DNA of 51,073 nt, taken from NCBI GenBank assembly GCA_051941275.1, contig JAVEBF010000021.1, positions 1 to 51,073 of the forward strand. Reading direction: 5' to 3'. The DNA is from Dirinaria sp. TL-2023a. Lineage: Eukaryota. Below are positions 39,020 to 50,545 of the stretch, piece by piece (the stretch's first letter is position 1; every line of letters starts with the position of its first letter). The notes below the pieces were generated by a model that ran no database searches, was not told the DNA's origin, and saw only the letters and a program-made list of their open reading frames with translations. Made by a program: the position numbers and the translations under genes.

Positions 39020-39500
39020 ATCAAGGTATGTATTTAACCACGGTACCTCAAACTGGCCCTTGCCAATATTTGGTACCTTAGGTTTATCATAAAGTTGATA
39101 CCCGACCTAATAAGGTAATTCCCCCATCACAGAAGAGCTTGGTAGGCTTCCGCTCTAGCTGGCTCCCGCCCTGCATTCGGAAAGCCGCTATCCGCGTTCT
39201 CTTCTTACTAAGGCCTTATGACTTTCCTACCTTACCTTACTTCAGACCCTCATAATGTGTAACAATACAATGAATTGAGCAATACTGAAAGTCTCTCTGC
39301 TTGCGCTCCTACTTTGAAACCTCATGTCCCGTGATCTATGAAGAGTGTGGAGTAGCGAGAGTACCTACGTTACCTACAGTAGGTAGCTTTGCAGGGAAGT
39401 ACATATAAAGTTCCTTACCTACCTCATTACATTAAGGTACCTTAAGGTAAATTTGCCCTCCACCAGCCGCGTGTACTCGTACCTACCCTAAACGCTTAGG
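39020..39500. repeat. TACCTT/AAGGTA motif cluster upstream of SSK2
   Basis: TTAAGGTACCTTAA palindrome 39432-39445, GGTACCTTAGG, CCTACCTTACCTTAC. Confidence 0.75.
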
Positions 39501-40581
39501 TCACTCAGTTCCTTCAGGAAGGGACTTCGAACTTTGAAGGTCGATACTGTAGAATAAAGTACTGCATATCCAACGTAATGGACACATGCTCCAATGACAT
39601 CCTCCAGATACGGTAAAGTAAGCCACCAACCAAGCGACATAAGTCTAACGCCCCAGAGCGCCTGAATAAGTCCTCGAAATAGAATAATATGCATGTTCGT
39701 GCTGTACAATTCAAACAGCGATCGATCATCAACTTCCCTGTATGGCCCTGAATTGCAATCAGATCCATATGATATGGCGACCACTTGCAGCATATCAGCG
39801 AATCTTAACTTTACCAACATTCAAAGTTTGTAAGGTTTCCTGTGAAGCATCGAGGTCCCGTGTCATTGCAGTTTCTGGAGTGTCACTGCTCCAGAGACCC
39901 GGAGAGAAAATCAATATTGCCGAGGCCAGATGGCCAATGACGGGTATTAGCCTCTCCTCAAATTCAACTCTTTGGCCAAGATTGATGGATCTGTTCCACA
40001 AACTAGAGCGATGGCACTTCGATTCTGCACTCTACGCGTGCAAGGCATAAGACAATTCGCACACATGCATCTCCGACGGCAAATGAAGCACCAGCCTGAG
40101 GTTGCCGTCCTTTTCTGCCTGTAAAGACCTTTCGTGGTTTGATGATGCCCTGCTGCATGGTCTAGCAGGCCAGGTAAAACGTGTACTCAGTTGATGCCTT
40201 CAGGTCAAGGCCAAGAGCTGAACTCTTTCACTGGAGGATAGCGATGTAGAGTGTCCGTGTTGTGGGCGCGACACTTGCGCTCCTGGACTTCTTAATTAAA
40301 ATATAGATAGGCATGCTATGTGATGAGCAGGCTTCAACGTCAATTCGGGTTATGGGCATAGGCGATCGTTTATGAGCTCTGAATGCATATCAAGCTTCTA
40401 TGACTACCGAATGCCACACAACATTCCCTGGGTATTGATCTCTGCGATATTATCGCATACCTACCATAAAGCGCCTTCCGCAAGCTGGCCTGCCACCGTT
40501 GCAATATGCCGATATTAGTAGTACACATAGAGACTGCTCCGCCATTGACCGAAAGTGTGCGTTCAGGCCGTAAGACAACGC

Positions 40582-42363
40582 TTATGACTGAACTGGCCTA
40601 CGCGGATTATCAGTACCAGCGGAAGAATACGCCTTTTCGTGCGGTTCCACTGATGACTCCCGCTCGCCAGAATATTTTGAATCGATGTCGTCGATAATAT
40701 CGCCGTTGACGACATCGCGTGTGAGTTCAACATAATCATACTAGTTCCAATTAGATGCTTGGCCTACTCAAAAGGCTAGAGTGCTTACCGCAAATTCGCC
40801 AATTTCAGCGTCATCCATTCCAAGCACCTCTGCTTCTTCACTGGCGCGGAGACCGAGGCCGGGAATGAAATTCATCAAGAAGAGTATGATGCAAGATCCG
40901 CCGAAGGAATATGCAAAGCCAGACACCGAGTCAGCGAGCTGATAAGCAAGCTGCATCCAGTGGTGATTGAGCCAACCACCCTCGATAATAGAAACTCCAT
41001 CAAGGTGGGCAATATAATTGCTAGAGCGCCGTTAGTGGGAAGAATGCATCCCATACATGGCTGAACTTACGCAGCGAAGAAAGCGGTCAGTATGTTTCCA
41101 ACCAGCCCACCGATAGCGTGCACAGCGAAGATGTCCAGAGCGTCGTCAATTCCAAAGAGGAATTTCAATTTCGTAGCATAATTGCACGCGGTGCCACCCA
41201 CAACACCGTAAACAATCGCTGACCAAGCTGGCACATAGCCAGAACCAGGTGTGATGGCAACAAGACCGGCCACGACCCCAGAGCAAAACCCGACCGCAGA
41301 CCATTTCTTCTCCAATCTGTAGTCGAGCAAACACCACGTGACCCCGCCAACGGAAGCAGCCAGGTTGGTGACCACGGCGGCCATGACGGCACGAAGATTG
41401 GCGCCCAGAGCGGAACCTGCGTTAAACCCAAACCATCCTACCCATAGAAAGACAGTCCCAATGACGACTTGAGTGACGTTGTGGGGCCGGAAGTTCAATT
41501 CGTGTGTGCCATGCCCGCGGCGTTTGCCCAGCATCAAAGAATATGCCAATGCCGCAGACCCTGAGGAGATGTGCACGGGAGTTCCACCAGCAAAATCAAG
41601 GCCGCCCATGTGAGCAACCCAGCCGGCCGGGTTCCACGTCCAGCAGGCGATCGCATCATAGATGACAGTTGACCAGATGAACATGAAAACAACACAGGGG
41701 AGCATGCGGCCTCGTTCGGCTACCGCACCCACGGCAAGAGCGACGCTGTGCAGATATATGAGCGAGACGGAGCATATACGATTCTGAAAGGCAGTACATA
41801 CGTAATGGAGGCAAACATGCCTTGGTAGACTGCAAAGAGGAGATCAGGTATTCTATTGCTACCGACCGATGGTTGCGCCAGAACATTGCGAAATCCGAAG
41901 TTCGATAGATCACCAATGAATCTACCGGCAGTGTGGGAGAAGGCTAGGGAGTATCCCCAGAAAAACCACTGAAACGAGGTGACACCAGTGGCCATCAGGG
42001 AAAGCCATATCAGGGAAAGGGCCGACTTTCTTCGCGCGAGGCCCGAGTAGAAGAAGCTGAGGATAGCATGTTAGCGAAGGTGATAAGCAAGGCCAGCCAA
42101 TTGTCTTACCCTACACCGGGAATCATCAGTAAGACGAGCGCGGTTGCTACAATCTCCCAGGCGATGTCGCCAGACTACATCTCTTTGTCAATACCCTACT
42201 TCTTCGCATGCATGCGGTACCACAAGGGGAAGTTGCGCACCTGGTAGAAGACGTTCAGGTTTTGAAGCAAGGAATCGCCTCCAGTGGGCACGGTTCCATT
42301 GTATGGGTCGTGAACGGTGTAGTTGAGATTGCCCAGTTGGGCATCATCTCCTTCGACAGACAT
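40582..42363 (-). CDS. Ammonium transporter (Amt/Mep family)
   Basis: LMIPGVGFFYSGLARRKS, FQWFFWGYSL, YQGMFA, DFAGGTPVH, FLWVGWFGFNAGS, DDALDIFAVH, EIGEFA/YDYVEL; five GT-AG introns; TAA 40584-40582. Confidence 0.96.
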
Positions 42364-42529
42364 GGATGACAGGCCTTCGCGGTAGAGATTGACAGTGATG
42401 CCTTTTTGTTCGACTGACGCGGAAAAGATCGTGAAGGAGGATGAGGAACAGGAGGAAGAGGAGGGTAAGGTGAGAACAGTATGAGCCAGACGGGAAGACA
42501 ATGAACGGTTTATGCCAATCGCGGTGGAC

Positions 42530-43275
42530 GGAGATAGGCCCGCTTAATCTTTTGTCTGCGATTTGGGGGGCAAGATTCGGCGGGGGTTCCCGACGTAGCG
42601 GGTAAGATACTTCTACTACGGAGTAGCGGCTTTACTTTAAAACGCAAGACTTAAGTAGGTCTGGCAAATTTTGGAGAGATCTTGAGATCCATTGTCTCTC
42701 CACTAGTCTGCACTTCTTGCAGCGTAAAGGCGTTATTCAATGGAAACTGAGAATGCAGTGATAGCTGATTGAACTATCATTAGTTTATCCGTTCTTGATC
42801 CTTTCGCGTGTACATTGAAATGGGTTAATGGTAATATCACTTCGCTATCACTTACCATTACCGGAATTCCACATCCCTGCATGATTGCTCCATGGGAAGC
42901 GAGCTGTGCCTGGCTAACTGGTACTAATGATCCCTAAGCTAAGGCAGTCCGGGAATAGAGCCATTATTTTCTATGGCTTGGCAGATACCTTATCAATAGC
43001 ACGCTCCCAAGCACTGCACTAAAGTCCTTGAGTCCCTACATGTATTTGCCGACTGCGATAATACCATTTAATATTAATAATGAGAATGCTGTAACGCAAT
43101 ATCTTTTCTGGCTAGAAGTGCAACATCTGCGGTATCATCGGATAGTGACGAGTGATTATTATTGTCAACGGAAATATATTTGGCACCAAGAGCCAATCGG
43201 ATCACGGTCAAGTTGTGGAACCTGCCTTACTTCCCTTACCTCTCTATCTTAAGGTAGGAAGCTGATTGATAGGTA
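42530..43275. promoter_or_regulatory. Cluster of GATA (HGATAR) motifs upstream of the ammonium transporter; candidate AreA/Nit2 sites
   Basis: AGATAG ~42532, TGATAG ~42759, CTATCA ~42774 and ~42845, TTATCA ~42990, CGATAA ~43057, TGATAG ~43267; Amt/Mep genes are typical targets of nitrogen catabolite repression. Confidence 0.5.
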
Positions 43276-43712
43276 GTTAGGGATTGCCTTTCCAATAATA
43301 CGAACAAATGTAAGATGGGATGACTCCGCACTCGAGAAGGCCCGTAGAGCCGCAGTACCTATAGCTACCAGAACTGTCATTGAGGTCATTACTTACGTAT
43401 ACTTTACCTCAAGCTGAACTGCGCATCAGGTAAGTTACAGTACCGTACTCATGAAGGCGCACACCTCGGTTCGAGGAAAGATGGAAACATGCAACAGCAT
43501 TCAACGCTTTGATCTGCCCCGCGGAGAGTAGCGTACTTTGACAGCAATCTGCTCTTTCCCGACCTTCACAATTGGCGCTGCTGTGTCACCGCCTTCCCTT
43601 CCTTGTCCTGATGTAAGTAGAGTACATTACCTAGGTACTTGTACATACCACATACCTTAAGGTACATTAAAGTAGGTACCTGCATTCCCTGACCTCAAGT
43701 ACCTAGGATATT
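43220..43712. repeat. TACCTT/AAGGTA motif cluster far upstream of the ammonium transporter
   Basis: TACCTAGGTA 43628-43637, TACCTTAAGGTA 43653-43664, AGGTACCT, GTACCTAGG. Confidence 0.75.
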
Positions 43713-44819
43713 CCCCGTCATCTGTTCGGAACAATAGATCCACTCGCTTAGTCATACTGTGTCGCAGTTGGTACGCTGACAATCCCTTGACGAACGAAAG
43801 ACGGCCGTCGGCGAGGCAGAAGGCAGCCAAAAATGCATTGACCGTGTCGGACAGCCGCGCCGAACAGACGAAAACAATGGGCCGTCTGTCGCGGACGCTG
43901 TGAAAATCCGAGGTCGCCACGGAGAAGCGTCTCTGCAGTTTATTGAAGTTTTATTTGGAGTCCAATACATGCGACTGATAGTCATCCACTCGCCACCGTA
44001 CTTTGACCAAATATTTATCGGGTAAATCAGACCCGTACGTTTGGTGCATTGGACGGGAAGATTCCCCCGGTGGTCCCGGATGATCCCAGCAAAGCAGCAC
44101 CTCTCTGCTGCAACTCTTGCTAGAACCTGTTGGAGCAATCATACCACTCGATTGTGCTATGACCATGACGTGACGATCGGATGCTGGCTAAATGCGCCCC
44201 CAGAAATACTGTTGAGAAAAACATTGCCCATCCTAGCATGATCGCTAGCCAAAACTATCATTTATGAGAATATGTCTTGCGGGGTATTAGTAGGCTTTGA
44301 ATGGCCAGATTCCTTCTGTTGTGCAAACGAGTGAAAGAACTTCAGAGAACAAGTAAAGAGTGAACTTGTAGAGACTGAGCCAACGTATAGCATCATCATT
44401 GCGCTTTTTAATGCTATTGAGCGGTAGCTCATGGAGTCCAGTAGGTAGGCAATATTAATCGATCAAGTTCTCCGGTGTCAATGTCATTGCTCAATGCATT
44501 TCACTTTGGAGGACGCCACTCTATGTTATCTGAAGGATAAGTGCCTCATCATCATCATCGCATGCATATACCATCGGAGCTACGAAATATAGGAGTGATT
44601 AGCTGTAGAGCACGTAGGCGGCAAGAAACCAAACTCACATCGGTTTCTCATCCTGAATTTCGGGATCTGGACTGCAGCTAGGCCAGGGTTGAGGCTCATG
44701 CTTATGGCACGACTCTTCTCTTCGGGCCGGTTCAGGCCTAGAACGGATTGGCGGAAGGCTTTTGGAGGTTTTGAGATGTACGCAATAGTCATTAGTACTC
44801 TACACCTCCCAGACCATTT

Positions 44820-46363
44820 TCATTCAAATTGTGAGATGTCCAGCGGCACACTGCTCCCTCTTCCTGCCCTGTATTTCTTTGGGAAGCCGATGAATTCTCT
44901 CGGTTTAGGAAGCTGACCATCATCCTGAAATCGCCATCGGGAGTCTTGAATGCTGATCCTCCCAGTGCCTTGCCCTGAGCTCTGGTGTCTCAAAGGACTG
45001 CTGTTTCTGTGAGTCGAGTTTCCGTTCGATAATGTGTACAAACTGGGATCCAAAGTTGGTTTCGCAGGGGACTGAGACGGGGGCCGCGAGGGTGGAGGTG
45101 GAGGGACTGAAGGTGGTCCAGCCAAAGCAGACGATACCGAATGTTTTAAAGTCAGTGAAGCTGGCGTGGGTTGCAGTGGGGGCGGTGGTGGAGGTGGTGC
45201 GGCGGGCGAAGCAACGGGAGTCGACGAACCGCTTCCAAAAGCGTTACGTGCCGCTTGCATCGCAACTGATTGAGCCAAGGTATCATTAGCAGCAGGGATC
45301 GTCGTCGTTGGCGGCGGCGGCGGCGGCGGCGGAGTCGATCGGGCGGGCGGATGTCGTGGAGGAGCATTTGCTGGAGGCTGCGGAGCGGGTTGCTGTGGCA
45401 GCACTGGAGGTGATCTTGGTGCGGACGAGGGTGGAGGTGGAGGTGCAGAAGGAGGAGTAGGAGGTTTCGTTGGTGGGGGAGGCGCAGCTGTAGATGGTTT
45501 TCTAGACGCTATTGGTGGAGGAGGTGGCTTAGAAGCAGCAGTATTTCGTGGGGGTGTGGTATCTGCTGAGGATTGCGTACGGCTGGGAACGTCCAAGCTA
45601 GGCCGTTGAGCTGGTCGTGGAGGTGCTTTACGAAGGTTGGCCACTAGTGGATTCGTTGGCTGCGGAGGTGACGACTCAGTATAGGGCAAACTTGGTCTTA
45701 ACGAATTTATTTTAGGTGCTCCTGGGGGCTTTGGGGCTGTCGAGGCCGGTGGTTGGAGAGTAGACTTCCGTGATGTCTCTGGATCTGAGAGGTAAGAGGA
45801 GTCTCGTTCTGCGCCGGTGTCGATGCCGCCTCCGGTTTTCTTCAGCTTTGGGATCCCAACACCTGCAAAAATTCCTCCCAGTTGTGGTGCTGCTGGTATA
45901 CTTCCACCATCTGCACTACCTGAGCCGTGGCCACTGTCGCTGTTGCTCCTTGCTCGGTTTGGCGCCGTTCCAGGCACGGGAGGAGCCAAACCCGGTCCCG
46001 CTAGAGGAGCAGTGATAGCTTTACCTGCCGAGGAGCTTGGCTCTTTGTCTATTATAGGTGCCGACCGATCGTTCGTTACGGCCTTCTTAAGTCTTGTTCC
46101 CTTCGTAATTTCTCCGAGCAAGGCACCCTACTCGTTGTCAGCCTACGACTCGGGGCGAAATGAACGGCTTCGTCTCAGCATCTCCAGCCGATTATAGAGC
46201 AGTGGCCCTAACTTACTCGATCCTTTGAGATTGCAAGCGGCGGTCTAGCTGGGACTGCGTCTGGGTTTGGGACGCCGCCCGGGAGGGGAGGTGGAGGTGG
46301 AGGACCCGCACCACCAAAGCCTGGCATAGGCGGAGGTGGAGGTGGGGGAGGAGGTACTGGCAT
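44820..46363 (-). CDS. VRP1: Verprolin / WASP-interacting protein (WH2 domain, proline-rich)
   Basis: MPVPPPPPPPPMPG start; intron approx. 46215-46128; WH2 R/GALLGEITKGTRLKKAVTNDRSAP; QLGGIFAGVGIPKLKK; C-terminal LPKPREF...Y.AGRGSSVPLD. Confidence 0.92.
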
Positions 46364-46628
46364 ACTTCTCAATGGTTCTGCGGGTTCTGCTGTAAATTTT
46401 TAGTTCCGGTATTCCTGGTGTCTATATTGGAGCTGATGACGGAACTCGTATCCACGCTCCCACGATTAAACGCGGAACCCAATCATGTGCATCGCGCTTG
46501 CGGCTTGAAGAAACGCTGTTCTTGCCGCGCCAGGTTCAACGCTAAATTGATAATGATTGAGTCTGCAAGTAAGGTAGCTAAGTCCTAACAAGAGTGAATT
46601 TTAATACTTCGCTAATGAGTACTCCAAG

Positions 46629-47849
46629 ATGAATCCAAAACGGCTTGGGTACGCTCCTGTACAGCTGTCCTGCCAACGTGCTCCGTATCCTCAGCATCAC
46701 TGCTTCACAACGTCAGTGCGACTCCGTCAACAAAAGCCCAAAGCGGCCAAAGGCGCAAGTCCTCGAGGTGCTCGCAGCTCATTGGCTTTAAAACCGACCT
46801 ATAAGGATCCTGGAATTAGTGTAGACATCCCTCAACCCTCTCCTCTTGTTGATCATGAGCTTGATGAGGTGGATCGAAAAGCCAATTTGATTTTAAAGTC
46901 TACCACTGTACCAGATGAAGCTACAGTCCATGAATTTATGGAAACATGTCAAGCACTTTCCGAATCTCTTGCAAAATGGTCGGATTCAGCGCAACCTAGT
47001 AATACCCCAACATCAGGCCTCCTCGACCTCGCGGCAGAACGAAAACGCGACACTGGGCAGTTGGCATTAGCAACGGCCATGCGAGAGAGGGCCGTGGAAA
47101 GGCTCTCGAAATTAGCTTACACTACCATCACGGCGCCCCAAGTTTTTATTTCCCCTCGGCTTCTATCAACCTACGTCAATACTCAATCGCTGCTTGGGCG
47201 CCCAGAAACAATTCCCCCAATTTTTCTACTGTACGCTTCCAAACCAATTCCCCAGCCCAATACCGCACCCATACGGTACAAGTCCTCGAATCCAAAAAAG
47301 GCTTCGTCTGCAGTGCCATTCCCTATTGCGAACGCTGCGTTGACATCAGCTATAAAACGAAGGAATCTGCCTGTGTGCCTCGATATAATCAACACCAGTG
47401 TCAGCGCGAATGCATTTCGTAGAGCAAAATTCTTGAAGCGTGCACTTGTCCCTTGTTTTGGCCTCGGACTCGCGCCTCTAGCGACATACACTGCGGCTTC
47501 TCGATGGGCTGTTTGGCAAGACACCCTGGACATTGAAATGGCGAAAAACATGATGTTCGCAGGGCTTCTGGCCTATGTCAGCTTCACGGCTACGCTTGGT
47601 GTAGTTGCCATCACCACCGCCAATGATCAAATGAATCGAGTAACCTGGGCGAGCGGTACTCCCTTGCGGGAGCGATGGTTCAGAGAGGAGGAGAGAGCTA
47701 TGGTGGATCGTGTAGCGTGCGCGTGGGGTTTCGAAGAGTCTCTGAAAAGAGGCGAAGAAGATGGTTTCGAATGGCAGCAGCTGAGAGAGTGGGTAGGCCT
47801 ACGTCGCATGGTCTTGGACAATGTGGAGCTCATGGAGGGTATGGAGTGA
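46629..47849 (+). CDS. Conserved fungal hypothetical protein, probably mitochondrial membrane
   Basis: 406-aa intronless ORF; presequence-like N-terminus (FTTSVRLRQQ); two hydrophobic segments; conserved-looking C-terminus TTANDQMNRVTW..GTPLRERWFREEER...LDNVELMEGME. Confidence 0.85.
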   Translation: MNPKRLGYAPVQLSCQRAPYPQHHCFTTSVRLRQQKPKAAKGASPRGARSSLALKPTYKDPGISVDIPQPSPLVDHELDEVDRKANLILKSTTVPDEATVHEFMETCQALSESLAKWSDSAQPSNTPTSGLLDLAAERKRDTGQLALATAMRERAVERLSKLAYTTITAPQVFISPRLLSTYVNTQSLLGRPETIPPIFLLYASKPIPQPNTAPIRYKSSNPKKASSAVPFPIANAALTSAIKRRNLPVCLDIINTSVSANAFRRAKFLKRALVPCFGLGLAPLATYTAASRWAVWQDTLDIEMAKNMMFAGLLAYVSFTATLGVVAITTANDQMNRVTWASGTPLRERWFREEERAMVDRVACAWGFEESLKRGEEDGFEWQQLREWVGLRRMVLDNVELMEGME

Positions 47850-48179
47850 TATTCAAAATCCTATTCAATTGAGGAACCCGGCTTGAGAAAGCTATCAGGG
47901 AGGGGACCGAATAGGCAATACCCTACGGCCTAGAGGTAGGAATACAGTCACCTCCGTTCAGGTGAATACTAGCTGTGAGTTTTACGCCCCACACAATCAA
48001 GAAAGAGCAACGCATCTATCAAAGCATATGTCAACCACATGAGTTGGCAAAGAGTCCTTGATGAACGTCCGCAGAGTGAATTTTTATCTCGAAGTGAGAC
48101 AAAAATCATTTTCTCACAAGTGGATAGCATGCCTGAAGATTCAAACCGCGACCGATAGAGTGCGCGGAGATAGTGGTGG

Positions 48180-49286
48180 TCATGCTATCCCAGCTTGCCC
48201 AACTTGAATAATGTCGCTACCTCTATTCTCGTCGCTTCTCAGCACTGGCCATCCAAGTCCTTCAGCCTTAGTAAGAGACAACTCCAACTTTGTGCTCATG
48301 ATCTTGTATGTCGACTTAACAGGATCGATTTTCCCAAAAAGTGGAATTTCCGCTCTGTACCGCTTGTTTTCTGCCGTTGGAAGATCCAAAGTCACAGTTG
48401 TTGGAGATGTAAATTCTACCTTCGCGCGGCCCTTATCAATCTTCTTCAAATAATAACTTGCTATTACGGTTGTCGTTGTTTGGTAGAAATCATGCCTACG
48501 CGCGAAAGATGTAAGCTTTCGAAATACTGCAAGCGATCAACAGAGTGCGAAATTGAATTTACCGGACAACAAACAATGCTTCTTCTAATTCCGTCGTCTT
48601 GTGCCTTCCAATGAAAAGGTGCCGATTCTTTCGCTTGCATCCTTCGATCTTCAGAAACTCATCAAACTCCAACACCCGTCGCTTGCAGCACGTCCATCCC
48701 TTGCTCCCTTCGTGGAACAGGGCTTGGCCAGGATGATATATACACTCTTTCGCCTCTCGTGATCCGGATGAGTCTTCACTTGGTGATACGGCATTGCAAC
48801 CATGGCGTTTACAAACTTTCCCTGGTGGGATAGCCAATAGCGAATCATCAGAATCTGACTCTGGAGCTGGAGTTGCGGTGGTGCTAGGCTCTGGCTGGAG
48901 CGCTCGAGGGATGCGAGGAATTGGAAAAGAGGTCGGCGCTGTATTTGTGACAGAGACTGGCTTCGGCGAAGCGTTCTGGCCTTGAGTAACGTCGGGCGAT
49001 TGAGCCGGTTTGGAGTTCGGTGCATCGTTCACGGTAGAATGCTTGCCAGTGGTACATGGTGGGATATCGAGAAATTCATCAAATGTCAGGACACGAGTTG
49101 TGCAGCATTGCCAGCCTACCATAAAGGTCAGCAAAGGTCTGTACATTACTTTGGGGAATAAGAAAGAGGCTCCCAGACACCTTTCAACCCCTCGTGGAAT
49201 ACAGGCGGTCCAGGATGATATACACAGACTTCGTTAAGATCTTTGAAGGCTTTGCCGCAGCCCTTATGTACACACTTTTCGGTCAT
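48180..49286 (-). CDS. chpA: CHORD-CHORD-CS domain Hsp90 co-chaperone
   Basis: [43 protein letters not shown]; second CHORD CKRHGC..CIYHPGQALFHEGSKGWTCC; CS domain R/HDFYQT...KLELSLTKA; two introns. Confidence 0.93.
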
Positions 49287-49735
49287 TTCTGCTACCGTTA
49301 AATTGCTAAAGCAAAGGTGCCCTGTCAGCTCCGATAATGTGAGGTAGCGAACATCCGTAGGTAAGACAGCAGCGGTGAAGTACTTGTCCGCCTCACCTAA
49401 GGTACCTTATCTGATGCAGTAGGTGAGGTAGATCCACGTAGAGAAGAACGGATGTTCAGAGTTCTGGTAGTGGTAGTGATGCTCTCGGGGCCAAAACCCC
49501 TAGGTAGTCGTGGACGCCAAGACTAGTCGTCCATTGAGGTGGTACCTTACGGGCAGTACGTCATTTTCCAATCTGATTTTAGAACGATTTTGAGTCGGTG
49601 TTGAGTGAGAATTATCTTAGGGGGCAGGGTAGTGTTTTCGAAACAATAATGCTCTAGATTATAGCTTTCTTGCCAAGCCTTCTTAGTCGGTTTTGATGTG
49701 TCAGATCGTTTGTACTCCTACTCACCTAAGGCAAG

Positions 49736-49845
49736 GTACTTTCTTGGGAGGGTTAGGGTTATCCCACCAAGAACTTCGTAACCCTAAACAAATTAGGGTT
49801 GGAAGAATTCTGGTGGGGGTAACCCTAACCTTCCCAAGAAAGTAC
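49736..49845. repeat. Imperfect 52-bp inverted repeat (hairpin) containing TTAGGG/CCCTAA units
   Basis: Left arm GTACTTTCTTGGGAGGGTTAGGGTTATCCCACCAAGAACTTCGTAACCCTAA (49736-49787); reverse complement of right arm (49793-49845) GTACTTTCTTGGGAAGGTTAGGGTTACCCCCACCAGAATTCTTCCAACCCTAA; 5-nt loop ACAAA. Confidence 0.9.
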
Positions 49846-50039
49846 GTGAGTACGAGTAGTGTTACGAGCATGCACCTGGCATTAGTGATACATATTTACC
49901 GGTAAATCATAATGCTTACGGTAATTATCGTAAAACATGCCTTTTGAGACTTACAAGTGGTAAAAACGTGTAAGTCTCGCTAAGGGTTAGGGTTACGTAG
50001 ATCACCTGATTAAAGTCTTCTGATTGGTCACTACGTCAT

Positions 50040-50545
50040 TGAGTATCCTTGAATTTCTAGAGTTTATAGGGTTATTGCTATCTGCCTACCTTATAGAATA
50101 ATAATGAAGGTTTTGGAGCACCTGAAAGCTTCTTATTATATATATAGAAGAATTCTATGGTTATAGAACTACTTTCCAGCGTGACTACTTTGTATAAAAT
50201 AAAAAAACTCGCGTTATATCATAATTTTCTGATATTTTCAATTTTTTATCTGAAAATGCGTCGAGATATTATTAGTTTAACGTGTATCTTTCAGATTCTC
50301 ATAATCTATATCTTGAATCCTATAGAATTGACATCAAAACACCTCCAAGATGTTTTATATACTTATTCTTCTACTATGCATACTTCCAGAGCCTGTAAGG
50401 TGGGTGAAAAAGCATTCAAATAGGTCTCATCGTCGATCATAGTCATCTTACTAATCTATCTATTTATAGATAATTTATATTTTGATCGTAAATCTCTGAT
50501 ACGAAATATATGATCGTATCACCACAAATGAATCGATGGGACAGA
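50040..50545. mobile_element. AT-rich degenerate repeat relic (RIP-like)
   Basis: Sharp rise in AT and TpA content, no credible ORF, adjacent to LTR-like units. Confidence 0.55.

Noticed and set aside
49750..49830. Telomerase RNA template (TAACCCTAA)
   Set aside because: The words belong to a DNA inverted repeat, and there is no room for a long transcript between the CHORD gene and the degraded repeats; no pseudoknot recognised.
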